A DNA stretch of 64,000 bases from contig CAWCYI010000008.1 of assembly GCA_963799845.1 (NCBI GenBank), forward strand, positions 1-64,000. Direction: 5' to 3'. Below, in pieces: positions 38,976 to 48,715 of the stretch. The first letter of the stretch is position 1. Every line of letters begins with the position of its first letter. The notes under the pieces were generated by a model that was not told the origin of the DNA, ran no database searches, and worked only from the letters and a program-made list of their open reading frames with translations. This stretch comes from an uncultured Nitrososphaerota archaeon. Its GTDB lineage: Archaea; Thermoproteota; Nitrososphaeria; Nitrososphaerales; CADDZS01. The position numbers and the translations under genes were made by a program.

Positions 38976-39736
38976 CTTTCCGGATAGGGAGGATGGATCC
39001 GCTCGCCGGTCTCCGCGTCTTCTATGATGATAGCTCCCGTAGGACACATTTCCGCCGCTTGAATGATGGAGTCGTTGTCTGCGCCATATGGATCAACTAT
39101 GTACGCGAGCGGCGCGAAAATCGTCGGAGTTTCTTGTCTTTTCAGCTGAAAGACATTCGGAGCAAGTCCGACGCAAACGCCGTTTGCTACACAAATGTCC
39201 TCGTCGATTCTGATCGCAATTGGTCGCTCGTGCTTTGGTTTCGGCTTGAACGGAGCCAATCGGTTTCCGCCGTAGATGCCCAGTACTCCGACAACCATCA
39301 GACCAAAACCGTATTCTCGTGCCGGGATGCTGTAGACTATTTTGGTACCGAGAAACTGATAGGCGTAGCAGTACCATCCGTTTGTGCTCGGCGAGCAAAC
39401 CGTATGGTCCACCGAGCCAGTGCCGTTGTAATGTATTTGGAAGTATTGTTCAGGATTAAGAATAAAATTTCCTGCAGAATCAGTTATAGGGAGTGGGCCA
39501 CTCCCTATCTGCAAATAGTTTGGTTCGTTTAAGGGAATCAAGCCATACACAGTGAGAACTATTCCAAAAACTAGGAAAGCCAGACCCAAGATTACGAGAG
39601 GATCCTTGCGGAAAAACTTGAACCCGTTTTTCTCATCGTGAAAATCATTTCCATTTTCTGTCAATCGAAACGGTTCAATGAAAATCCCACCGAAATAAGT
39701 TATAACTATTACCCGAGTTTTGCACAGCGCAACCAA
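38972..39736 (-). CDS. Two-TM membrane protein with C-terminal ferredoxin domain
   Basis: CVANGVC..LAP.VF...AAEMCPTGAI single-cluster ferredoxin motif after two TM helices; true start may be downstream of 39736. Confidence 0.8.
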   Translation of the reverse strand: MVALCKTRVIVITYFGGIFIEPFRLTENGNDFHDEKNGFKFFRKDPLVILGLAFLVFGIVLTVYGLIPLNEPNYLQIGSGPLPITDSAGNFILNPEQYFQIHYNGTGSVDHTVCSPSTNGWYCYAYQFLGTKIVYSIPAREYGFGLMVVGVLGIYGGNRLAPFKPKPKHERPIAIRIDEDICVANGVCVGLAPNVFQLKRQETPTIFAPLAYIVDPYGADNDSIIQAAEMCPTGAIIIEDAETGERIHPPYPES

Positions 39737-39777
39737 ATTCCTTTTTTAGACAAAATATCGTATAACCGAAAATCCGC

Positions 39778-40305
39778 TTGAACAGTTCCGGCAAGAAAAG
39801 AAAATACAAGATAGGCCTCCAAGTAAAAATTGCGAAAAATGTTTCGAGTGGAACTTATCGCTTTCGTGATATTTTCAAAGGTTTCGAGGATCTTCCTGTA
39901 GTGAAAAATATTTTCGGCCGAAACGTTCTCCGTGATCTTGACGAACTCACTGTGGAGGTTTTTCCGAAAGATGGTTTTATGGGCGTTTCCGACGAAGACG
40001 GTCACATTTTTGCCAGCCAGTATTACCTGAAAGATGGTGATGAGTGGTCGGTCTATTTGGACATTATACATGAATTGGTTCATGTCAGACAATTCAAGCA
40101 TGGAAAAAATCTCTTCGATTCTCAGTTCTCCTACGTCGATCGGCCCACCGAGATAGAAGCGTACTCCCTCGGGGTTGAAGAAGCGCGGAGGATCGGAATG
40201 ACGGAAGAGGAGATCTTCGATTATCTCGAAGTTCCGTGGATCTCAGAGAAGGAGCATCACAGGCTGGCAAAATCAGCGGGAGTGAAGCTCGACACTCAAA
40301 ATTAA
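39778..40305 (+). CDS. HEXXH zinc metallopeptidase-like protein
   Basis: IIHELVHVRQ and P.EIEAY. Confidence 0.75.
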   Translation: MNSSGKKRKYKIGLQVKIAKNVSSGTYRFRDIFKGFEDLPVVKNIFGRNVLRDLDELTVEVFPKDGFMGVSDEDGHIFASQYYLKDGDEWSVYLDIIHELVHVRQFKHGKNLFDSQFSYVDRPTEIEAYSLGVEEARRIGMTEEEIFDYLEVPWISEKEHHRLAKSAGVKLDTQN

Positions 40306-40331
40306 TGACATCGAAGAATTCTCTAATAAAA

Positions 40332-40472
40332 ATGGAAATTTGTGAAATCCAAATGCAAGACATCTGTCCAAAATGCGGGTCAGATGAAGTCGACATCATG
40401 GTTGATGAATCCGGGAATCAAGGGTATCTGTGCCTTGAGTGCATGAATACCTGGAGCAAGGGCAGTCGCTAG
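40332..40472 (+). CDS. Small zinc-ribbon protein
   Basis: CPKCGS...YLCLEC..TW. Confidence 0.6.
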   Translation: MEICEIQMQDICPKCGSDEVDIMVDESGNQGYLCLECMNTWSKGSR

Positions 40473-40497
40473 TTTTGGAAGAAGGAGCCATGCAAGC

Positions 40498-41238
40498 TTG
40501 CCATCAGACAATCTTCTGAATGGAAAGGTCGCGCTGGTGACCGGCGCTGCCTCTGGAATCGGGTTATCGGTCGCCAACTTGTTCGAGTCCCGTGGTGCGA
40601 AAGTAGTCCGTGCTGACAAAGCCTTCACCAAAGGGAAATCGTCGACGGATACTGGTATGAGATTTGGTGCAGACCTCCGAATAGAGGCAGAAGTGCAGGA
40701 ATTAATTCGCGCAGTCGAAGTCTCTTGCCACGGCCTCCATGTGATTGTGAACTGTGCCGGTATCGAGATAAGAGGAACTGTCATTGACCTCTCCCAAGAA
40801 AGCTACGACCTTGTCATGGACACGAACGTCAAGTCCACTTTTCTCGTCTGCAAGTACGGTATACCACTGCTCTTGAAAACATCACAAAAGGGCTCTGTGA
40901 TCAACCTCAGCTCAGATTTGGGACTGCAGCCGATCCCCGGAGTTGATGCCTACTCTGCTTCGAAGGGAGCGATTATAGCCCTGACAAAAGCAATGTCGAA
41001 AAATTGGGCGAAAACTGGTTTAAGGATAAACTGCGTTGCGCCCGGCCCGATCGATACGCCGCTTCTCTACAGATTCCAGGATTCCAAGACTCTTGAATTC
41101 GTCAAGGAGGTCCTGCTGCCCCAGGGCCGCTTGGGAACAGCGGATGAAGTTGCAAAGGTGGTTGCGTTTTTGGCAAGCGACGATTCCTCTCTGATTAATG
41201 GTGCTGTATTAACTGCCAACGGGGGCCTCGTCGGTTAA
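40498..41238 (+). CDS. Short-chain dehydrogenase/reductase
   Basis: TGAASGIG, NCAG, YSASK, NCVAPGPIDT. Confidence 0.93.
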   Translation: MPSDNLLNGKVALVTGAASGIGLSVANLFESRGAKVVRADKAFTKGKSSTDTGMRFGADLRIEAEVQELIRAVEVSCHGLHVIVNCAGIEIRGTVIDLSQESYDLVMDTNVKSTFLVCKYGIPLLLKTSQKGSVINLSSDLGLQPIPGVDAYSASKGAIIALTKAMSKNWAKTGLRINCVAPGPIDTPLLYRFQDSKTLEFVKEVLLPQGRLGTADEVAKVVAFLASDDSSLINGAVLTANGGLVG

Positions 41239-41311
41239 TTCAAGCACCTTCCAAAAAGGAATATGCTAGGGCATTGGTCAATTCCAAAAAACATCGAGAT
41301 CGGGCGTCACA

Positions 41312-41782
41312 TTAATTCTCTAATGCGTTTCTTATTCGTATCGCAGTTTCCTGGAGTTGTTCCGTTGAGAATTTCTTTCTGTCCATCCACTGTCCTTTGT
41401 CCGAGAGCCTTACTGGAATTATATGAACGTGGACGTGCGCGACCATCTGATTTGCGGCTTCTCCGTTGTTCTGAACGAAGCGGAACCCATCTGATGCAGT
41501 TGCCTTCATAATTGCCTTTGAGATCCTGGCCGAAAGCGCAAAAAGCCCCCCGATTTCAGGCTCAGTCATGTCCCAAACTGTTTCTCCGTGTTTTTTGGGA
41601 CAGACCAGCGTGTGTCCCTCGTTAAACGGCGCTCGGTCCATGAAGGCTATGTAGTTCTCGCTCTCATACACTATGGCTGCCGGAAGCTTTCGCGCAATTA
41701 TCCTGCAGAAGACGCACTCTTCGGGGGGCACGCTCGCGGAATTCCGAATCCTTAGTTCAGTCTGGCTCATCAGCAATATCAC
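41312..41782 (-). CDS. HIT-family hydrolase
   Basis: CVFC.I, GHTLV.PK.H, HVHVHIIP. Confidence 0.93.
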   Translation of the reverse strand: MILLMSQTELRIRNSASVPPEECVFCRIIARKLPAAIVYESENYIAFMDRAPFNEGHTLVCPKKHGETVWDMTEPEIGGLFALSARISKAIMKATASDGFRFVQNNGEAANQMVAHVHVHIIPVRLSDKGQWMDRKKFSTEQLQETAIRIRNALEN

Positions 41783-41785
41783 GGA

Positions 41786-42352
41786 CTAGGAAATCGAAAT
41801 CGTGCCATTCAGGCTTACTACTTGTTCGGTTCCTGGAAGATAACCTATGTAGTTTACGTCGACGGTTGAAACTATCATACGAACTGAGAGCATATGCGTT
41901 CCGCCGGTCCGGTTTAGCTCGACTTGAGAAAGTCGTGAGATCACTATTTCGCCGCTGGTCGTTGTCCTCGAACTTATTCCTGAATCTTCGATCCCATCTA
42001 TTAGAACGGTAGAGCGAGTCACCTGCAATCCTATCCCTCTCTGAAATCCAGAGGTTATCCTTTGACTCAAAAGTGAAGCAAACACTTGAACGATAGTAGG
42101 AACTCCCTGAGAAGCCGAATCATTGTAATCCATCCCGAAGAGGAATGCATACGATCCCTCACCGTCGGTGAAATTGACAAGCTGCTTTACTTTTGCAAAT
42201 TGGAATAGAGAATTGGCAATCTGCGAATTACTCTGGACCGAAAGTACCTGAGGCGAAAGAGCAGTCCAGGATCCAATCGAAATAAACAAGATCAAGATTA
42301 CTCCAAGGAAGAGGAATTTTTTCAAGTTCCTCGGTGCCGCAGGTTTCACAAC
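41786..42352 (-). CDS. TM-anchored hypothetical protein
   Basis: N-terminal TM helix then beta-rich domain; start chosen outside the elp3 overlap (inference). Confidence 0.55.
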   Translation of the reverse strand, partial: VVKPAAPRNLKKFLFLGVILILFISIGSWTALSPQVLSVQSNSQIANSLFQFAKVKQLVNFTDGEGSYAFLFGMDYNDSASQGVPTIVQVFASLLSQRITSGFQRGIGLQVTRSTVLIDGIEDSGISSRTTTSGEIVISRLSQVELNRTGGTHMLSVRMIVSTVDVNYIGYLPGTEQVVSLNGTISIS

Positions 42353-42417
42353 ATCCAATTCGAAATACTCTGGGTATAAGCTTGATATTCCAAGAAAACA
42401 AGAGACGGTAGACCTTC

Positions 42418-44019
42418 TTGCATGAAATCGAAAGCAGATCCAGTAGCAGGCAGCTCGCACTGGAAAAAATTGCAGGAATTCTGGAGAATCTTGCAGAGCC
42501 GGATGAAAAGCAGTTCTGGCGAGTAAAGCTCGATGCGTGCCGTGAATTTTCGCTGGATTATGTCCCGAAGAATTCCGAAGTCTTGGCTTATCTTAATCCT
42601 GAAGCGAGGAAGCGCCTTGAGCCGTACCTTCGTCGGAAAACTATCAGAACCGTTTCAGGAATAGCTGTGGTAACGGCAATCACCAAGCCGTTTGATTGCC
42701 CACACGGAACTTGTATTTTTTGCCCCGGAGGAGTCCGATTTGGGACTCCGCAGAGCTACACGAAAAATTCTCCCGCGGCGGCCTACGGGATCGCGCGAGA
42801 ATTTGATCCGCGACGACAAGTGCGCGATACGATCAAGTTTCTAGAGGAAAACGGCCACGATACCAGCAAAGTCGAGTTGATTCTTCTTGGTGGGACAATA
42901 CTAGCGATGCCTAAAGAATACCAGGAAAGCTTCGTCAAGGGTTGCTACGATGCTCTAAATTCGATTGATGGGAACTCGCTTCAGGAATCGTTGAAGCAAA
43001 ACGAATCGTCTAGTCACCGCTGTGTTGGATTGACTATTGAAACAAAACCGGACTGGTGCCGCCAGGAGCACGTTGACTTGCTTCTGTCGTACGGGACGAC
43101 CCGAGTTGAAATCGGAGTGCAATCCCTCCAGGAAAAGGTACTTGAATATACTAACCGCGGTCATTCTCTCGCAGACACGGTGAGTTCCTTCCAAGTATCG
43201 AAGGACGCAGCCCTAAAAGTTGTCGCACACATGATGCCGGGTCTGCCGCTATCAAACCCTGAAAAGGATCTTCGGGATTTGAATTCGCTTTTCGAAGACG
43301 AAAACCTCAGGCCAGATATGCTGAAGATTTATCCGACCCTCGTTGTCGAGGGAACATCACTCTATCAACAGTACAAGATGGGGCGCTATACTTCATACAG
43401 CTTGGACGACTTGAAGGAAATCCTATGTCGATTCAAGGCGAGTGTCCCCCCGTGGGTCAGAATTATGAGAATCCAGCGCGAAATTCCAAGGGATGAAATC
43501 GCTCAGGGAGAAAAGGCCGGTAACTTGCGTCAGATCATTCTGGAGGAGATGTCTAGAAGAAAGCTCGAATGCCGATGCATCAGGTGTAGGGAAGCCGGAC
43601 ACCGCTCGACGCTCTATGGGGGAAACCTCGAATTAAGGAGGATTGATTATCCCGCTTCTGGAGGCGAGGAGATTTTCCTTTCCTTCGAAGAAGGAAGGAC
43701 TCTGCATGGATTTCTAAGGCTCCGAATTCCTTCGGGTACGGAGCACAGGCCTGAGATAAGGGACCAAAGAACTTCACTCGTCCGAGAGTTGCATGTTTAC
43801 GGACCCGTCGTGCCCATCGGAGAATCAAATCCCGATCTCAATCAATCGCAACATCGCGGACTAGGGACTAAGCTCTTGCTGGAAGCCGAGAGAATTTCCA
43901 TGGAATACTCTCGTTCGAAGGTACTCGTGATATCCGCGATCGGAACCAAGGAGTATTACAGGAACCGAGGCTATCGGGACGACGGAGCCTACGTTTCGAA
44001 GAGTCTCCTCACGCATTGA
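42418..44019 (+). CDS. elp3: Elongator Elp3 tRNA U34 carboxymethyltransferase (radical SAM + GNAT)
   Basis: RTVSGIAVV, CPHGTCIFCPGG, RVEIGVQ, LKIYPTLV, C.CIRCRE, RELHVYG, QHRG.G. Confidence 0.95.
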   Translation: MHEIESRSSSRQLALEKIAGILENLAEPDEKQFWRVKLDACREFSLDYVPKNSEVLAYLNPEARKRLEPYLRRKTIRTVSGIAVVTAITKPFDCPHGTCIFCPGGVRFGTPQSYTKNSPAAAYGIAREFDPRRQVRDTIKFLEENGHDTSKVELILLGGTILAMPKEYQESFVKGCYDALNSIDGNSLQESLKQNESSSHRCVGLTIETKPDWCRQEHVDLLLSYGTTRVEIGVQSLQEKVLEYTNRGHSLADTVSSFQVSKDAALKVVAHMMPGLPLSNPEKDLRDLNSLFEDENLRPDMLKIYPTLVVEGTSLYQQYKMGRYTSYSLDDLKEILCRFKASVPPWVRIMRIQREIPRDEIAQGEKAGNLRQIILEEMSRRKLECRCIRCREAGHRSTLYGGNLELRRIDYPASGGEEIFLSFEEGRTLHGFLRLRIPSGTEHRPEIRDQRTSLVRELHVYGPVVPIGESNPDLNQSQHRGLGTKLLLEAERISMEYSRSKVLVISAIGTKEYYRNRGYRDDGAYVSKSLLTH

Positions 44020-44809
44020 TTTCTCGCGCGGAGGAGGATTTTTCTCTCACCTGGGCGATGTTTGCAATCTTCTCAACAAACTCTTCGATATCTGACTGGG
44101 CAACGGGCGATTGACCTCCAAAGAACCTCAGCTTACATTTGCCGCTCACCGTTACCAACAATGGATATGCGCTAGCCTCGTCGTTGCGAGTCTGGAATCT
44201 TGCCCGAAATGATTTGATCTCTCCCGATGCGAGGAGCTCTCTGTAAGTTTTGGAGTTTGCCGGATCAGTCCCTGCAAGCGTTGCCTCACTGAAGAAAGGG
44301 TTTCCGAGTCCCGAAAGTGAGACTGACGAGACCTCAATTGCCTCAGCCATCAGGCTCTTCATTGCGTCCTTCGCAAGATACAGTTCCTGGAAAGAGTCCT
44401 CGCCGAACTCCTCTTTCAACGAGGCCAACAGCCCGGTGCGCTGTTTAGCACTGAATGAATAGAGCTCAAGAATCGGCTCCTTATTTTTCATGTGAAATTC
44501 GCAGATTTCCGGCTCCGTTGACTCTTCTTCGACCTTCACCACTCTTCCCGCTTGTAATTTAAGCCTGGAATGCTGCACCCGGCGGAAGGATAGTGCAAGG
44601 CAAAGATTCTCCTCCTTCGTCCTCGACCTCGAAATGATTCCCCATCTTTCCTCCTCGTTCTGGAACAGGTTTTTCTGCATCCATGAGCTGACTTCGGAAT
44701 CCGTGGTACCTTCGAACTTTAGAACCTCGACGGAAGCACCAAGCTCCCTAACGCCATAAGGGAAGGGGATTCCCTGCAACTCGATGGATGAATTTTGCAC
44801 TTTGGACAT
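44009..44809 (-). CDS. Hypothetical protein
   Basis: 266-aa ORF co-oriented downstream of FBPase; no family recognised. Confidence 0.65.
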   Translation of the reverse strand: MSKVQNSSIELQGIPFPYGVRELGASVEVLKFEGTTDSEVSSWMQKNLFQNEEERWGIISRSRTKEENLCLALSFRRVQHSRLKLQAGRVVKVEEESTEPEICEFHMKNKEPILELYSFSAKQRTGLLASLKEEFGEDSFQELYLAKDAMKSLMAEAIEVSSVSLSGLGNPFFSEATLAGTDPANSKTYRELLASGEIKSFRARFQTRNDEASAYPLLVTVSGKCKLRFFGGQSPVAQSDIEEFVEKIANIAQVREKSSSAREINA

Positions 44810-44848
44810 TCTAATTTTCTCAGCTTGATCGTCGGTAATTTAGAGTGT

Positions 44849-45784
44849 TTATCCGCTCGCGATTTCCGTCTCAAGCTCTCGCACCAGCGAAGCATTACCT
44901 ACATAAAATGGGCTGGTCTGCGTCAGTTTCTTCGGAGAAATGTCAAGGATGGAAGATTTGCCGTCGCTAGATTTTCCACCGGCGAGCTCGTTCAGGAAAC
45001 TCACAGGAGCAGTCTCGTAACAAACTCGGAGCTTGCCCTCCGGATTGCCTCTGCGCGCAGGGTGCAAAAAAATTCCTCCTCGCTGAATTATCTGGTTGTA
45101 ATCGCCGATGAATGTACCGCAAAACCTGAGCCTCATATCGCGTGCCTCCAAGCTTCGAATGAACCGATCGACGGCTGGAATCCATTCAGATCTGGTTCCG
45201 GCGACGCTGTAAACTTCGGCTTTTTGGGGCAGCTTCATATCTTTGTGTGAAAGGGCAAACCTTCCTGCATTTTCACCCTCGCGCAATTCGACGTACTGAT
45301 CCACCCTCCCACTGCAGGAAAATGTTATTGTCAATGTGGGACCGTAAGTTATGAATGCAGACGCCACAAGGTCTCTGCCTTTTTTCGGCAGCTCCCCTCG
45401 CCAAATGCCAAAAATACTTCCGAGGGGATTGTTGGTAGTGATATTCGACGATCCGTCAAGCGGATCCATCGCGACAGAAATGGAATCGCTTCCCTGACTA
45501 TACCCACCAAGTGGGGTCTCCAGCTCTTCGGATGCAACCCATCCGACCCGGCCTGTATCAAGGAGTGCTTTCGAAAATGATTCGTTTGCGAAAAGATCTA
45601 GCTCGGACTGTCTTTCTCCGAAAGGATTGAAATTCTTCGTTGTCCCCACCTGAAATGGCAGCTGTCTAGACACTATCTGAGCCGTGTTGGCAATGGCTCC
45701 GTAGACCTTAGAGACATCGTTCTCGACATCAGATAGACCCTGCTCGAGAAAAGTGGCCGAATTTTCGACTCTCCCCGAAGACAT
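44849..45784 (-). CDS. fbp: Fructose-1,6-bisphosphatase class I
   Basis: N.FGE.Q..LD, ASEE, DPLDGSSNI, YGP, GG.FL.P, KLR..YE..P. Confidence 0.93.
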   Translation of the reverse strand: MSSGRVENSATFLEQGLSDVENDVSKVYGAIANTAQIVSRQLPFQVGTTKNFNPFGERQSELDLFANESFSKALLDTGRVGWVASEELETPLGGYSQGSDSISVAMDPLDGSSNITTNNPLGSIFGIWRGELPKKGRDLVASAFITYGPTLTITFSCSGRVDQYVELREGENAGRFALSHKDMKLPQKAEVYSVAGTRSEWIPAVDRFIRSLEARDMRLRFCGTFIGDYNQIIQRGGIFLHPARRGNPEGKLRVCYETAPVSFLNELAGGKSSDGKSSILDISPKKLTQTSPFYVGNASLVRELETEIASG

Positions 45785-45896
45785 GCCGGCTAATTTGATC
45801 GCTTCCGTTTAGCTCTGAGAGCTTGTTTTGTGTTTTATCATTTGAGCCGGACTTTCCGAAGACTGATCTCACGGTTAAATAACCTGCAGGTAATTC

Positions 45897-46697
45897 ATGG
45901 TAATCACAATGCCGCACTCCAGATATCCATCAATGGACGCTTTTCTTCGTGACGGAAAGAGTATGCTTTTGGCCTACGATCAGGGTTTTGAACACGGTCC
46001 TTCACTTGATTTCAACGATAAGAATGTTGACCCTTCATACATCATGGAGATCGCCTCGAAGGGCGGTTTCAACGGGATTGTTTTCCAGAAGGGCCTGGCG
46101 GAAAAATACTATGACGGAAAGGTCCCGCTCATTGTAAAGACGAATGGAAAAGCGGGACTGGCAAAGGGAGAACCAATTTCGAAACAGAATTGCTCCGTCG
46201 AATATGCAATCTCGCTTGGAGCGAAAGCGGTCGGTTACACGATCTACCTTGGAAGTCAATATGATGGAGAGATGTTTCAGGAATTCGGACATTTGCAGGA
46301 GGAGGCGCATGAACATGGGATTCCAGCAATTGCATGGGTTTATCCAAGAGGGCAATCCGTGACCAACGACACCACAAAGGAAATTGTTTCCTACGCTGCG
46401 AGAGTGGGACTGGAGCTGGGAGCAGACGCCGTGAAGATCAGGTACACTGGAGACCCTCAGACTTTCTCCTGGGCCGTCAAATCTGCCGGAAAGGCTCTCG
46501 TTTACATGTCGGGCGGTCCCAAGGCGCCTACAGATCAAGATTTCTTGAACCAAGTTCGCGGCGTAATGCAATCTGGAGCAGCTGGGCTCGCAGTGGGAAG
46601 AAATGTCTGGCAGAACGATGATCCGATAAGGATGGCCGGCTACCTTCGGCAGATAATCTTCGAGAAGAAGGCCGTAGAATCGGTAATCAATGTTTAG
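45897..46697 (+). CDS. fbaB: Class I fructose-bisphosphate aldolase (DhnA type)
   Basis: LAYDQG.EHGP, AVGYTIY.GS, W.YPRG, ELGADAVK, GGPK, GRNVWQ. Confidence 0.92.
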   Translation: MVITMPHSRYPSMDAFLRDGKSMLLAYDQGFEHGPSLDFNDKNVDPSYIMEIASKGGFNGIVFQKGLAEKYYDGKVPLIVKTNGKAGLAKGEPISKQNCSVEYAISLGAKAVGYTIYLGSQYDGEMFQEFGHLQEEAHEHGIPAIAWVYPRGQSVTNDTTKEIVSYAARVGLELGADAVKIRYTGDPQTFSWAVKSAGKALVYMSGGPKAPTDQDFLNQVRGVMQSGAAGLAVGRNVWQNDDPIRMAGYLRQIIFEKKAVESVINV

Positions 46698-46842
46698 TTT
46701 GTGCAACTACTTCGATAAGTTGGTCGAATAGAATTCTCTCTCACGTGTCCCGTCGGTCTGTATTTGGTGTCCGCTGTGCTAAAATCATTTGAGGTAGAAT
46801 ATGGGGATACTATTTAATCGCGAAAAAGAAGTGGGCTAGTCG

Positions 46843-47082
46843 TTGAGCACGACGAGCAAACTGAACATGTACATCGCGATTGCATTGATCGCGGGTATCA
46901 TTGCAGTTTTGGCGGTCGCATTCTATTATGAAACTCAATTAGACAACGGTCAAGTAAATGCGAACGCAATACCTGTCGCGACTGTCTTCGTGACGGCCGT
47001 TGTTACCGTGACAGCGATTGCGTCTACGTCCACTTGTCCAAACAACCAAACGATGCTGTCAAATCAGACTGGGCCCTGTTGA
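46843..47082 (+). CDS. Small TM-anchored Thr-rich protein ending in Cys
   Basis: N-terminal TM, VTAVVTVT tract, two Cys, terminal TGPC. Confidence 0.55.
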   Translation: MSTTSKLNMYIAIALIAGIIAVLAVAFYYETQLDNGQVNANAIPVATVFVTAVVTVTAIASTSTCPNNQTMLSNQTGPC

Positions 47083-47296
47083 CCTGATTTGGGCTAACGG
47101 CAGGATCCCGTAAGGAGGTCTTTGAATTTATAGGACTGTTTAGGATTCTTCAAAGACTATCTCGTAACAAGAGTAACAGCGCAAAAATTAATATCATAAT
47201 ACTGGATCTCGCCGCCAAAATTCCTCGGCAAAACATCAGTGGTCCAGGATCGGAATCTTTAAGGCCTCGAACGTTACTTATCCGTTACTGTTAATC

Positions 47297-47557
47297 GTGT
47301 CGCAAGTATCTGAAACTGAACGGATGAGCAACGAAAAAGGAACTGTTACGTATCGTTTCAATCACGCAGAGCAAAAAGAGCCACTTAGGAAGGTGACTTT
47401 GACCGTTCCCCTGCTTCAAATAATGCAGGAGTCCCGCAAGAATAAAGGGAAGATGATTACTCGCGGCTTCTATCTGAATATCCCAAAGTCAACGGTTCAG
47501 TCTATGGACCTAAAAGAGCATGATCAAGTTGAAGTTATTTTGAAGAAAGCGAAATAA
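47297..47557 (+). CDS. AbrB/MazE-like DNA-binding protein
   Basis: GFYLNIPK......DLKEHDQVEVIL swapped-hairpin motif. Confidence 0.75.
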   Translation: MSQVSETERMSNEKGTVTYRFNHAEQKEPLRKVTLTVPLLQIMQESRKNKGKMITRGFYLNIPKSTVQSMDLKEHDQVEVILKKAK

Positions 47558-47924
47558 CTACCTAGATTATCGCAAAGATGTATACAAATCCTTTATCGCA
47601 GACTTGAGCTCTTGACGGGTCAAGTTTCCCTTCGTGTGTTCGGCTCTCAGAAGATTTTCAATCTCTTTTCTTGTCTTTGACCTGTTCCAAAGGTCGTTTA
47701 GCCAACTGTCGATTTTCTTACTTATGGATAGTCCAATTCTCATTCCCACTATTCCTTTTGATGAAGCTTTGGTAAGCTCATCCTTGGGATCTAGTCTGAT
47801 TTTAGCTTATTGTCGGAATCCACTTGGCCGAGAGGGATTTTCTTTTAGCATAGCCATTCTGGCCTCGGCTCCCCGGAGATTGCAAAAGGTATAATTCATT
47901 CCGATTGTTTGTCATAAGGTTCAT

Positions 47925-48263
47925 GGCAAATGATGTAAAAAGCGAAAAACGTTCGAAGATAGACAAGGATAGTCTAGATATTCAAGCTGAGGGCTAGCAC
48001 AAGCTCTTGAAAATTATGCTGATCTTCCTAAAAACGATACAAGTGGACAGCGTCTAGAGAGAGCTTATGCAAAGCTAAATGAGCTGAAATCCTATTTTGA
48101 ATCTGTGAAGCATCCGGCTACAGCGAATTCCAGAAATATTAAACTGTCGAAAGATAGAGAGATAGCTTTCTCAAAAGCTATAAGCCAAGCTGAAAAAACT
48201 CTCAATGATAAAGATCTGAAACTAATCAGATTCTCGATTACCGAATTGCGCAAACTTTCATAG
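47925..48263 (+). pseudogene. Helical hypothetical protein with one frameshift near 47990
   Basis: MANDVKSE...IQAE continues in another frame as LAQALENYADLP...ELRKLS-stop. Confidence 0.5.
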
Positions 48264-48274
48264 AGGTTGCATAT

Positions 48275-48352
48275 TATCTGAACATCCCAAAGTCAACGGT
48301 TCAATCTGTGGACCTGAAAGAACATGATCAGATCGAGGTTATCCTAAAGAAA
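48275..48352 (+). repeat. Diverged direct repeat of the AbrB gene 3' half (47471-47548)
   Basis: 66/78 nt identical; encodes YLNIPKSTVQSVDLKEHDQIEVILKK with no start codon. Confidence 0.9.
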
Positions 48353-48397
48353 GAGCGCGATAGTTTAGGATAATTTATAGCCTACGACAATGAGACA

Positions 48398-48622
48398 CTA
48401 ACGGGTTAGTTTTGGAATTTCATTCCGTTTGAGATCTCGCGCCGTTCCTTCCGACTCTTTCACTGTCGAAGGGAAGCCAAGGCGTTTTCGTTCATCGATA
48501 AACCTTCTTATGGCATCATTCACAATTTCTGCCCTACTTCTATATCCCATTTCAGAGGCAAACTCGTCCAGCTTTGTGGCGAGCTCTTGCGGAATTTTTA
48601 CAGTTGCATACTTGGCTCTCAT
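48398..48622 (-). CDS. CopG/ribbon-helix-helix regulator
   Basis: YATVKIPQELA..LD......GYRSRAEIV.DAIRRF. Confidence 0.85.
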   Translation of the reverse strand: MRAKYATVKIPQELATKLDEFASEMGYRSRAEIVNDAIRRFIDERKRLGFPSTVKESEGTARDLKRNEIPKLTR

Positions 48623-48715
48623 TTTACGAATTTCACCATGTTGTTTCTCTAAGGATTGTTCTTTGCAAATCAAAAGAAGTGGGTGGGGATATTATCCCCA
48701 GATAATTGCGAAACC

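Noticed and set aside
38600-39532. 310-aa plus-strand ORF spanning the IS end
   Set aside because: Antisense shadow of the transposase and ferredoxin genes; crosses the IS boundary; no motifs
47764-47857. In-frame stop readthrough extending ORF 47567-47749
   Set aside because: The stop is TAA, not a recodable TAG/TGA; decay of an island gene is the simpler explanation
47471-48352. Diversity-generating retroelement TR/VR pair
   Set aside because: Differences are bidirectional transitions, mostly synonymous and not adenine-specific; no reverse transcriptase in the window
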